DNA of 64,000 nucleotides, taken from an uncultured Planctomycetota bacterium (GTDB lineage: Bacteria > Planctomycetota > Planctomycetia > Isosphaerales > Isosphaeraceae). Where the stretch lies: contig CAVTTN010000002.1 of assembly GCA_963737655.1 (NCBI GenBank), positions 6,880,001 through 6,944,000 of the forward strand. Reading direction: 5' to 3'. Below, piece after piece: positions 21,437 to 30,328 of the stretch (within the stretch, counting starts at the first letter, position 1; the number at the start of each line of letters is the position of its first letter). The notes beneath the pieces were generated by a model, which did not search any database, was not told where the DNA came from, and saw only the letters and a list, made by a program, of their open reading frames with translations. The translations under genes and the position numbers were made by a program.

Positions 21437-23017
21437 TCAGCGGCTGAACATTCCTCGGAAGAACCCGGTCCGACGAGGGGCCACCGAGCCGTCGGTCGCG
21501 GTCGTCTCGCCGCCGGAGTTCCGGCCGAAGGCGAACCGCCGGCCGAGCGCACCGGCGCCGGACTCATAATTGCCGACCGGGCGGAAGGTCGGCGGGGCGC
21601 CGGCCAGGCGGCCCGAATAGGTCCCGCCGTTGGCGGCGTCCAGGGCCCGGACGTTGGACTCGGTGACCAGCGGGTTGTGGCCCGACCAGCGGCTGGAGGC
21701 GACCTCCATCATGTTCAGGGGGGCGAAGACCGCCTCACCGCCGACGGAGATCCAGTCGCAGTTGGCCGCCTGGGCCTCGTCCACCTTGCCGTCGAGGCCG
21801 TACACCAGCGTGTACTCGTAGGTGTTGATCCGCGGCTTGTTGTCGCTGTTGTTGAGGTTCGAGCCCGAGTTGGCGACGAGCTCGACCTCCAGGCGGACGG
21901 CGCGGTCCCCCTTGCCCGGGATGGCGTGGAACTTGGCAGTATACTTGCCGACGCCGTGGTTCCAGACCTCGTTGGACTTGCCGTTGGGCGGGAAGGCGCG
22001 GAGGTTGCCCAGGAGCGCCTCGTGGCGGCCCCGGAGGTGGGTCTCCAGCATGGCGTGGAACCGGGGGACGAACTGGTCGCACGAGTCATAGCCGGGGCGA
22101 GGGGGGCCCGGGGGGATGTTGTTGGCGTTGTCGCCGATGGTGTGGTTGAAGTGGTTCTCGCCGAGCTCGGCCCACAGGGCCTTGAGCTCGTCCTGGGTCA
22201 GGCCGGAGCCGGGCATGGGCCGGGGCTCGTTCAGCTTGATCGAGGCGATCGCGCCGCCGAGGCAGTGGCCGGGCCACCGCTGGATGTCCTTGTTCTGGCT
22301 GAAGGCGGCCTCGTGGCCCCGGGCGCCGGCGCCGAAGATCTGGTCGTACTTGAGCAGGGGAGACGGGGTCTGATACAGGGTGCCGTCGGCCCCCCGGAAG
22401 GTCAGGTCGTCATAGAGGTTGGGGAACCAGGTGGAATCGTCGCCCGGGGCCACGGCGGTCTCCAGGAGGCCGTTGGCGCCGGGCAAGATGATGTCCTGCC
22501 CCGGGGCGATGTAGGAGCCCAGGGGGACGACCTGGACGTCGTCGCTGTTGATATTGGCCTGGGTGTCCACCCGGGCGTTGCCGTTGGCCCAGGGTTCGTG
22601 GATCGAGTCCCCCTTGGTGGGCCAGTAATAGAAGTTCCAGGGCATCCGGCTGGCCTGGCCGACCTGGACGAACGTGGTCTCGACCGAATAGGGCTGTTCG
22701 GCCTCGGTCCCCTTGACCAGGAAGGTGTACCATCCGAACTGGTTGTCTCCGACTTCCTCGCCATTACGGCGGGGCTTGCCGTCGGGCCCGGTCAAGGCTT
22801 CGACGGAGCCGGCCGTGGCCTTGACGGTCAGGACCCCGCCGAACCTGGTGGGGACGTACACGCCATAGGCGCGATCCCCCGTCTGGTCCGCGAGCGTGCC
22901 TCCGAGGGGGACCGGCCGCACCCGCTCGGCGGCGGCGGCTCCCTCCGTGGTCGTCGCGGTAACCGCGGCGGCGATGGCCAGGACCATCCAACCGCCGAGC
23001 CTGTTGCCGATACGCAT
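21437..23017 (-). CDS. Secreted protein with transglutaminase-elicitor-like (papain-fold) motifs
   Basis: Signal peptide; PWNFYYWP, SPLLKYD, WPGHCLGGAIASI, EVWNHGV, YEYTL. Confidence 0.65.
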   Translation of the reverse strand: MRIGNRLGGWMVLAIAAAVTATTTEGAAAAERVRPVPLGGTLADQTGDRAYGVYVPTRFGGVLTVKATAGSVEALTGPDGKPRRNGEEVGDNQFGWYTFLVKGTEAEQPYSVETTFVQVGQASRMPWNFYYWPTKGDSIHEPWANGNARVDTQANINSDDVQVVPLGSYIAPGQDIILPGANGLLETAVAPGDDSTWFPNLYDDLTFRGADGTLYQTPSPLLKYDQIFGAGARGHEAAFSQNKDIQRWPGHCLGGAIASIKLNEPRPMPGSGLTQDELKALWAELGENHFNHTIGDNANNIPPGPPRPGYDSCDQFVPRFHAMLETHLRGRHEALLGNLRAFPPNGKSNEVWNHGVGKYTAKFHAIPGKGDRAVRLEVELVANSGSNLNNSDNKPRINTYEYTLVYGLDGKVDEAQAANCDWISVGGEAVFAPLNMMEVASSRWSGHNPLVTESNVRALDAANGGTYSGRLAGAPPTFRPVGNYESGAGALGRRFAFGRNSGGETTATDGSVAPRRTGFFRGMFSR

Positions 23018-23600
23018 GCTGCCTCCCAATTGACCGGTAATCATTCCGCCGGGTCGTCTGCTTGGTCTGACCTAGCTCGCGGCCCCGGCCGGGGCGCCAC
23101 CCTGCCATCCCCGGCGTCGGGGCCCACCCTCGCGATGTTGCCCAGAGAGGTTCGGCTCGCCGGGGGGGGAGGGATGGACCGAAAATCGCCCGTCTGCTTG
23201 ACCAGATTACGGCGACCCGTCAAACCCCCTAGAGTTCGCCAAGGCGGCATCTCCTCGAAATTATCGGCTGGAGGTGAGCGCCACGGGGCCGGGAGCCGAT
23301 GAATAGCCTGGCCACCCCCAGGGTGCGGAACCACGGATGGCTTCCAAGGGCCTGACGATGGTCTCCGCGTTCGCTCCGAGGCCAGCGTGCAGCCCCCGTC
23401 GCGGTGCGGGGGTTCGCGGGGCGGTCCCGTGCGAGCCGAAAGGTCTCGCGGGGGATGCCCTCGACAGGAGCGGAGGCAGGGGACGGCGGACCTCCCCCGA
23501 GAGTCCCCGGACGTGCCGGCCCTGGCTCGGGTTCGTCGGCTCCGCATCGAGAGACGTCGACCGGATTCCCACCCATAATTCCTCTTCGAGGATGTTCGCG

Positions 23601-23936
23601 ATGACCAGCACTCTGCTGATGATGGCCGCTGCTAGCCTGGGCCTGGGTCACCACAACACGGCGACCTATGCCACCGGCCAGTGCCCGCCGGTCCCCTCCA
23701 AGGTGGCCCCCGCCCCCCAGGCCCCGAGCAAGGTGATGCCGGCCCCCCAGGCGCCGAGCAAGGCCTGCCCGGCCCCCGTGGCCCCGAGCAAGGCCTGCCC
23801 GGCCCCCGTGGCCCCGGCCAAGGTCATGCCGGCCCCCCAGGCCCCGGCCAAGTCGTTCCCGGCCGCCCCGGCCAAGTCGTTCCCGGCCCCGGCCCCGGCC
23901 CCCCAGGCGCCCGCGAAGGCCGCCCCCCAGTGGTAA
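23601..23936 (+). CDS. Small secreted Pro/Ala-rich protein with 10-aa tandem repeats
   Basis: Signal-like MTSTLLMMAAASLGLGH; repeats P[SA]K[VA][MCA]PAP[QV]A as 30-bp DNA tandem repeats at ~23695-23900. Confidence 0.8.
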   Translation: MTSTLLMMAAASLGLGHHNTATYATGQCPPVPSKVAPAPQAPSKVMPAPQAPSKACPAPVAPSKACPAPVAPAKVMPAPQAPAKSFPAAPAKSFPAPAPAPQAPAKAAPQW

Positions 23937-24059
23937 TCTGAGTCGGACCGGGGACGCGGATCGGGCTTCGGTCCGATCCGCAATTCCCGCGCCCGATCGC
24001 CCCAAGGCGGGTCGCCCCGGAGACGGGTCGGCCCGCCTCGCGGCGTTTTCCTCCCGCGA

Positions 24060-24983
24060 TCACAACACCGGTTGCGTTCCCCGGTCCGACTTCACCTGCT
24101 CGATCATCTGAGCCACCGCCGACGGACCCGGACCGATCACCGGCTTCAGACCCCGTCGCCTCGCCAGCCCTTGATAGTTCACCAGGCTCCGGCCTCCGAC
24201 GAACACCGGCGCACCGTGAACCTTCCCCAGCTCGTCGAACCTCTTGTTGATGTTCCTCGACAGGGCGAACGAGATGCAGACCGCGTCGGGCCGGATGGCC
24301 TCCACGGCCTTCTGGATCTCCCGCGTCGGCAAGTCCACGCCGAGCGAGATCGCCCGCCAGCCCGCCGTCTCCAGGAGCAGGCAGAGCATCAGCACGCCCC
24401 CCTCGTGCCTGTCCCCCTGGACCGTGCCCACCAGCACCGAGCCGGTCGGGGAGGCGTTGACCCGTTGCGCCTCGTCCACCAGGATCTGGAGCTTCCTCCT
24501 CAGGAAGTTCGAGATGAAATGCTCCTGGTAGATCTCGCAATCGCCCCGGAACCACCGCTCGCCCGCCTCGACCAGCCCGGGCTCGATCACTCGTCGGACG
24601 CAATCGACCGGGGCCAGGCCCTGGGTGGCCCGGCGGTATTCCTCCTCGGCGGCCGGGAGGTCTCCCTCGCCCAGCCGATCGAGCAGGCCCGACGACGCGA
24701 ACCCCGACCCGACCGGCTCGGCCGGGGCGACCTCCAGGTCGAGCGTCCCGTCGCGGACCCGGGCCATCAGGTCCCCGATCGTGGCCCCCTCGCGGATCTC
24801 CCGGGACACCGCCACCAGGATCCGCACCGTGTCCGACCCGTAGCGACGGTGCCCCGAGGCCGACCTCTCCGGTCGGGGAAAGCCGTATCGCCTCTCCCAG
24901 ACCCGGAGCGCATGGCAGCCGATGCCGGTCAATTTCGACACGGCCGCGATCGAATACTCCGCCGCCTTCTCGCGATCCGACAT
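24060..24983 (-). CDS. MerR-family, cobalamin-binding transcriptional regulator (CarH/LitR-like)
   Basis: MerR HTH (LRVWERRYG.P.P.RS..GHRRY); W-x9-EH (WFRGDCEIYQEH); GDRHEGG B12-binding motif. Confidence 0.88.
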   Translation of the reverse strand: MSDREKAAEYSIAAVSKLTGIGCHALRVWERRYGFPRPERSASGHRRYGSDTVRILVAVSREIREGATIGDLMARVRDGTLDLEVAPAEPVGSGFASSGLLDRLGEGDLPAAEEEYRRATQGLAPVDCVRRVIEPGLVEAGERWFRGDCEIYQEHFISNFLRRKLQILVDEAQRVNASPTGSVLVGTVQGDRHEGGVLMLCLLLETAGWRAISLGVDLPTREIQKAVEAIRPDAVCISFALSRNINKRFDELGKVHGAPVFVGGRSLVNYQGLARRRGLKPVIGPGPSAVAQMIEQVKSDRGTQPVL

Positions 24984-25069
24984 GACGACACCCCGAGAGG
25001 CGATCGCCCCGCGCTCGGACTTCTGACCCCGCGACGATCATCGCAATCCGAACTCCGCAATACCAGCGG

Positions 25070-25693
25070 TCACCCCGGCGAGTTCGGGAAATCAACGTTC
25101 GCCGATCGACGGAAGAATCGCACCGCGATCCGCCCGCCGATCACCGCCAGGACCAGGGCCGCCAGGCTCTGCCCGATGTTCTGGAACGGCACCCGGGTCG
25201 TCGGGGCCGTCGGCAGCGGACCCGAGAAGACGACCATTGCCCCGCCCATGGGATTCGGGTCGAGGAGATGGTTGCGGACGTCCAACGGCTCGCCGGTCCC
25301 GGCCTGGGCCGAGTTGATCCTGGCGATCACCGCCTCGTAGGGGGTCGCCAGTACGCTCGTCTGGGGCAGGGGGGGCTGCGGGTGGAGCGTGTCGTGGAGG
25401 AACCCCAGCGCCTCGGTCGTCACCAGCCTCGGCCCCACGTTCTCGGCGAACCACGGCCCGGACGTCAACGCCAGGTATCCTCCGCCGAAGATCGCGAATC
25501 CGCCCCAGAACGCCCGGGATTCCCCCCTCAAGAAGAGGGCGCCGAGGATCGCCAGGCCCAGGACCGCCAGCGTCAGGCTCAACACCGCCGAATCCCAGAG
25601 CGGGGACGCCCCCCGGAGCGCCGCGATCCCCACTCCGCAGAACAACACCCCCGCCATCAAGCCGGCGATCGTCGGACGATGCCTCGTCTTCAT
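25070..25693 (-). CDS. Hypothetical membrane protein (paralogue of next gene)
   Basis: TIAGLM..V, RAFWGGFAIFGGGYL, F..IGQSL.AL.LA.IGG. Confidence 0.8.
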   Translation of the reverse strand: MKTRHRPTIAGLMAGVLFCGVGIAALRGASPLWDSAVLSLTLAVLGLAILGALFLRGESRAFWGGFAIFGGGYLALTSGPWFAENVGPRLVTTEALGFLHDTLHPQPPLPQTSVLATPYEAVIARINSAQAGTGEPLDVRNHLLDPNPMGGAMVVFSGPLPTAPTTRVPFQNIGQSLAALVLAVIGGRIAVRFFRRSANVDFPNSPG

Positions 25694-25704
25694 GGGACGT
25701 CCTT

Positions 25705-26310
25705 TCAAGAGGAGAGCCGCGAGGCCACGAGCCCACCGATCAGAGCCAGAAGAATCGCGGTCATCCCGTGACCAATCCGGTCGAAGCTCTGGCGATCCGG
25801 CCCCAGCAGGGCCGCGGGCCGACGGATCAAGAGGCTGTACAGGTCGTTCGCGCGGGAGACGCTTCGGCCTTCGACCACAAAAATATCGGGGAGCTCGGCC
25901 CGGAGTTCATCCCGTTGGCTGTTCTCGAGACGGACCATCGGCCCGGACCAGGAACGCACTCCGTCGAGGCGAAGGTCGTATTCGAACTCCTCGGGCTCGG
26001 GATGAATCCACCGCCAGGCCCGTTCGATCAGGATCGAGCTCAGGAGCCGGGGCCTGACCGACGCGGCGATCGGTGGGATCTCGACGAGGACCAGGTATCC
26101 CCCGCCGAACATCAGGAATCCCGCCCAGAACGCTCGGAGGCGCCCTCGGGCGAAGATCGTTCCCAGAAGGGCCACGCCCAGGACGGCCATCAGCGCGGAG
26201 AACACCGCGCCAGCCCAGGCCGGAGAGCCCGCCCGGATCGCCGCCGCGCCGACCCCCGCCAGCGCGACCAGCCCCATCAACCCGCCGATCGTCGCCCGGG
26301 ACGCCCTCAT
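25705..26310 (-). CDS. Hypothetical membrane protein (paralogue of previous gene)
   Basis: TIGGLM..V, RAFWAGFLMFGGGYL, F.RIGHG..A.LLALIGG. Confidence 0.8.
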   Translation of the reverse strand: MRASRATIGGLMGLVALAGVGAAAIRAGSPAWAGAVFSALMAVLGVALLGTIFARGRLRAFWAGFLMFGGGYLVLVEIPPIAASVRPRLLSSILIERAWRWIHPEPEEFEYDLRLDGVRSWSGPMVRLENSQRDELRAELPDIFVVEGRSVSRANDLYSLLIRRPAALLGPDRQSFDRIGHGMTAILLALIGGLVASRLSS

Positions 26311-26463
26311 GACCCGACCCTCCGGGGAGGTTCGATGGTTCCCCTCGATGATAGAATTCGGAGGACTCGGCCGGAAGGGTCGGCCCTCTTTATCGGGCCA
26401 TTTCCGGTCGGTTAGGATCGAGCTGAGGCGACCAGACGCCCTCCCGAGACCCCTCGCGCCGCC

Positions 26464-27090
26464 ATGACCGACGCTTCGCCCGACGAAACGCCCGAGCTCG
26501 CCGTGACCGACCCCGAGATGAGGCAACTCCTCGGGATGTTCGACGCCCCGGCGTTCGCCCGGAGGGGCCAGGACCTGGAATTCGCCCTCGAAGGGCTGGC
26601 GGGCCGGTGCCTCCGAGAGCGATCGGCCATGCTGGAGATGGTCCGGCTCCGTCTCCGCCAGTGGGCCGCGCTGGCGACCGGATTCGAGGACCATCGCGAC
26701 GTCTTCGAGGCCCCGATCCTCGACCTCTGGAAGGCCGCCGGCGCCGACCCTCCGAACTGGGCCGCGACACCCGGCGCAGCTCGCCGCCGCCGCTCCTCCG
26801 CGCGCGACCTGACGGCCAGCGTCGAGCGGTTCAATCGGCGATGGGCCAGCTTCCTCGCCGCCCTGGACCTCGGGCCGATCAATCGCGCGATTGACCGGTA
26901 TAATCGGTATTATCTGCTCGAAAAAGAATGCCGGTTCGCGTCGGCGAGGGCCGCCGCGCGGGGGTTCCGGCCCAGGGCCTCGTTGACGACCGAGGGCCTG
27001 CTCGACGATCATCCGTTACTGCCCGTTCTCGAACCTCCCCTTGATCCCCCGGGACGCCCGGGCCCTTCCTCGACGCGGAGGCCGCCGTGA
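26464..27090 (+). CDS. Conserved hypothetical protein
   Basis: FDAPAFARRG, SVERFNRRW, YNRYYLLEKEC; codon usage consistent with real gene. Confidence 0.75.
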   Translation: MTDASPDETPELAVTDPEMRQLLGMFDAPAFARRGQDLEFALEGLAGRCLRERSAMLEMVRLRLRQWAALATGFEDHRDVFEAPILDLWKAAGADPPNWAATPGAARRRRSSARDLTASVERFNRRWASFLAALDLGPINRAIDRYNRYYLLEKECRFASARAAARGFRPRASLTTEGLLDDHPLLPVLEPPLDPPGRPGPSSTRRPP

Positions 27091-28574
27091 TTCGCTCGTT
27101 CCTCGCCCCGATCGGCCTCCTCACGGTCGCGAGCTCCGCCCTCGCCGCCGGCTTCCCCGGGTTCGAGGTCACCTACGACGCGAAGGTCCACCCCGGCCCG
27201 ATCTCGGCCAGGGTCTACGTGATGCTCGGCCCCGCGGAGGGCCTCGGCGAGCCGAGGAACGGCCCCGACTGGTTCAACCCCCAGCCGTTCTTCGCGGTCG
27301 AGGCCAGGGACTGGAAGCCGGGCGAGCCGCTGAAAGTCGGCCGGGACGCCGCCGGTTTCCCCGGGCCTCTGGACTCGCTCAAGCCCGGCGACTACCGGGC
27401 CCAGGCCGTCGTCCGGCTCAATCCCGACACCCACGCCCTCGGCGACGGCGCCGGCAACGCCTACGGACCCGCGGTGAAGGTGGCTATTGGCCCGGATGTC
27501 GCCGAGCCGGCGAAGTTGACGATCGAGAAGGTCGTCCCGCGCCGACCCTTCAAGGAAACCGAGCTCGTCAAGCTGGTGGACATCCCCAGCCCGATGCTCT
27601 CGGAGGCGCTGAAGAGGCCGATCCGCCACCGGGCCGCGGTGATCCTGCCGGAGGGCCTCAAGCCCGGGCAGAAGGTGCCGACGGTCTACATCATCCCCGG
27701 GTTCGGCGGGGATCATTTCATGTATGGCATGTTCACCCGGCCGGGCCGAGGCGCCTACGCCAGGGACATGATCCGGGTGGTCCTGGACCCGGACTGCGGG
27801 ACCGGCCATCACGTCTTCGCCGACTCGGAGTCCAACGGCCCGAGGGGCCGCGCCCTGATCGAGGAGCTGATCCCGCACATCGAGGCGACCTATCCGGCGA
27901 TCGCCGAGCCCGGGGCGAGGCTCCTGAACGGCCATTCCTCGGGCGGCTGGAGCAGCCTGTGGCTCCAGGTCACCTACCCGGACTTCTTCGGGGGGACGTG
28001 GTCCACCAGCCCCGACCCGGTCACCTTCGCCGACTTCCAGCGGATCGACCTGTACGCCCCGGGCGAAAACATGTTCAAGGACCCGCAAGGGGAGCGTCGG
28101 CCGATCGCCCGGAGGGGGACGCGGCCGTTCCTGTTCGTCGATCGATTCTCGCAGATGGAGGACGTGATCGGCGACGGAGGCCAGCTCCGCTCCTTCGAGG
28201 CGGTGTTCAGCCCGCTCGGGCCCGACGGCCGACCGAGGCCGCTGTACGACCGGAAGACCGGGGCCGTGGATGCCGAGGTGGCCCGGGCGTGGATGAAGTA
28301 CGACATCCTCCGAACGCTCGTGGCGCGATGCCGGACCCTGCCGCCGAGGCTCCGGGGGAAGCTGCACGTCTACACCGGCGAGATCGACACATTCTATCTC
28401 GAAGGCGCGGTCAAGCAATTGAGGGACGCGCTGGCCCCTCTCTATCCCGACGCGGCGATCGAGATCCTCCCGGGCAAGGACCACAGCACGATCCTCGACG
28501 CGAAGATGGCCGAGAGGATCGACCGCGAGATGAAGGCCGCCACGCAGAAGTATCGCGACGACGCGGCTCGCTGA
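27087..28574 (+). CDS. Secreted alpha/beta-hydrolase (esterase family)
   Basis: Signal peptide; ELIPHIE, GHSSGG nucleophile elbow, GEIDTFYL, GKDH. Confidence 0.85.
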   Translation: MIRSFLAPIGLLTVASSALAAGFPGFEVTYDAKVHPGPISARVYVMLGPAEGLGEPRNGPDWFNPQPFFAVEARDWKPGEPLKVGRDAAGFPGPLDSLKPGDYRAQAVVRLNPDTHALGDGAGNAYGPAVKVAIGPDVAEPAKLTIEKVVPRRPFKETELVKLVDIPSPMLSEALKRPIRHRAAVILPEGLKPGQKVPTVYIIPGFGGDHFMYGMFTRPGRGAYARDMIRVVLDPDCGTGHHVFADSESNGPRGRALIEELIPHIEATYPAIAEPGARLLNGHSSGGWSSLWLQVTYPDFFGGTWSTSPDPVTFADFQRIDLYAPGENMFKDPQGERRPIARRGTRPFLFVDRFSQMEDVIGDGGQLRSFEAVFSPLGPDGRPRPLYDRKTGAVDAEVARAWMKYDILRTLVARCRTLPPRLRGKLHVYTGEIDTFYLEGAVKQLRDALAPLYPDAAIEILPGKDHSTILDAKMAERIDREMKAATQKYRDDAAR

Positions 28575-28873
28575 GCGCGGCCCGGGGTCGGCCCGTCGCG
28601 GCCCGCGGCGGGCGCATCGCGGTTGCCCCCTGCTTCTGCCCCCCGCCGACGGCCCTCGGCGGTTTGGCCATTTGACGCCGGGGCATCGCGGGCCTATTTC
28701 CCCAGCAGGGGGATGGGTCGAGGAGGTGGGCACCTCGGGTCGCGAGGAGGCCGGCTCCGCGCCCGGGCCGGGGCCTCCTCGCGAGGCCCTCCGCCCCTTC
28801 ACTTGACCCGGATGGGATGTGCCCCCGCGTCCCGGCCGCCTCGCCGTCGCCCGGCCGATTCAGGAGGGTCCGC

Positions 28874-30187
28874 ATGCTCGCGCCTCGTCGGAAGAATCGT
28901 CAGTCTCGCCCCTCGATCGAGGGCCTGGAGGACCGGAAGCTCCTCTATGCCACGCTCGGGGCCCAGTGGACTTATGGAAGCCGGATCACGTATAGCTTCG
29001 TCCCGGACGGCACGAATATCGGCGGGACGCCGAGCAACCTGTACGGGGCGATGGCCAACCTGGGGATCAGCCAGTCCACCTGGCAGCAGCAGTTCCAGCG
29101 CGCCGCGGCCGTCTGGCAGCAGTTGACCAACATCAACCTCGCCCAGGTCTCCGACAATGGCGCGGCGTACGGGTCCACGGGCGACCAGCAGGACGACCCG
29201 AACTTCGGCGACATCCGCATCGGCGGCACGGCCCTTTCGCCCAGCATCCTGGCCAGTTGCTTCCTGCCGCCGCCGGACAACGGCGGGTCGCTGGCCGGGG
29301 ACGTGGTGATCAACACCAACCAGCCGTTCCGGATCAACAGCAACTACGACCTGGAGACGGTGGCGATCCACGAGATCGGCCACGCCCTGGGCATGGACCA
29401 CTCGGCCATCTCCTCGGCGATCATGTACGCCTACTACACCGGCGTGAAGCAGTCGCTGACCCCCGACGACACGGCGGGCATCCAGTCGATCTACGGCAAC
29501 CGCCAGCCCGACGCCTTCGACGCCGGGATGGGCAACAACTCGTATGTCACGGCCACGAACCTCGACCCCTACGTCAACTCGATGGGCCAGGTCGCGCTCT
29601 CGGGCCTGGACATCACCACCAACCAGGACTGCGACTGGTTCGCGGTGACGGTCCCCTCGGGGACGACCGGCTCCATGACCGTCACGGAGCAGTCGTCGAA
29701 CCTGAGCTCGCTGAACCCGAAGTTCTTCGTGTACAACGCGGCGTTGCAGTCGGTGGGCTCGGCCGCGGCGGCCTCGACGGCCTACGGGGCGACGATCTCG
29801 ACGACGATCACCGGGGTCGTCCCGGGCCAGAGGTACTACATCAAGGCGATGGCCGGGGTCAGCGGGCCGGCGGGCACGGGGGCCTACGGCCTCCAGGTGA
29901 ACTTCGGGTCGGGCGCGATGAACCCGATCGACCCGCCGAACACGGTCGTGGCCGCGAAGCCGGACTCCGGGGGAGGGTCGCTCCCGGATCAGACCCACGG
30001 CCCCACCAACCCCCACGTCCCCCCTGGCCTGATTTCCATCGGCAACCTGAACGCCCCGGGCGACGATCTGACGGTCCGCCACCAGGGCCACGGCCTCGGG
30101 GCGCCATCGCCGACGGCCGGCCACCCCTCGGGCCACCATCCCCACCACGTCCACGACGCCGCCCTGGCCGCGTGGCGAGGGCGATAG
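28874..30187 (+). CDS. Matrixin (M10-like metzincin) with planctomycete extracellular motif and PPC-like domain
   Basis: RBS CAGGAGG; EGLEDRKLL; GDIRIG; HEIGHALGMDHS; Met-turn AIMY. Confidence 0.9.
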   Translation: MLAPRRKNRQSRPSIEGLEDRKLLYATLGAQWTYGSRITYSFVPDGTNIGGTPSNLYGAMANLGISQSTWQQQFQRAAAVWQQLTNINLAQVSDNGAAYGSTGDQQDDPNFGDIRIGGTALSPSILASCFLPPPDNGGSLAGDVVINTNQPFRINSNYDLETVAIHEIGHALGMDHSAISSAIMYAYYTGVKQSLTPDDTAGIQSIYGNRQPDAFDAGMGNNSYVTATNLDPYVNSMGQVALSGLDITTNQDCDWFAVTVPSGTTGSMTVTEQSSNLSSLNPKFFVYNAALQSVGSAAAASTAYGATISTTITGVVPGQRYYIKAMAGVSGPAGTGAYGLQVNFGSGAMNPIDPPNTVVAAKPDSGGGSLPDQTHGPTNPHVPPGLISIGNLNAPGDDLTVRHQGHGLGAPSPTAGHPSGHHPHHVHDAALAAWRGR

Positions 30188-30328
30188 CCCCTCGACCGCG
30201 TCGAGCGGCGGGTGTTGATCCCAAACATCGAGAGGCGGCGGCCGGGGCCCGGCCCCGCCGCCGCGACCTAGGCTTCCAACAGACCGCTCAGATCCCGACC
30301 GAGCCGCCCGCTCCCCGAGGCCCCTGCC

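Noticed and set aside
23601..23936. RiPP precursor with repeated cores
   Set aside because: No modifying enzymes or dedicated transporter adjacent; composition fits a structural low-complexity protein
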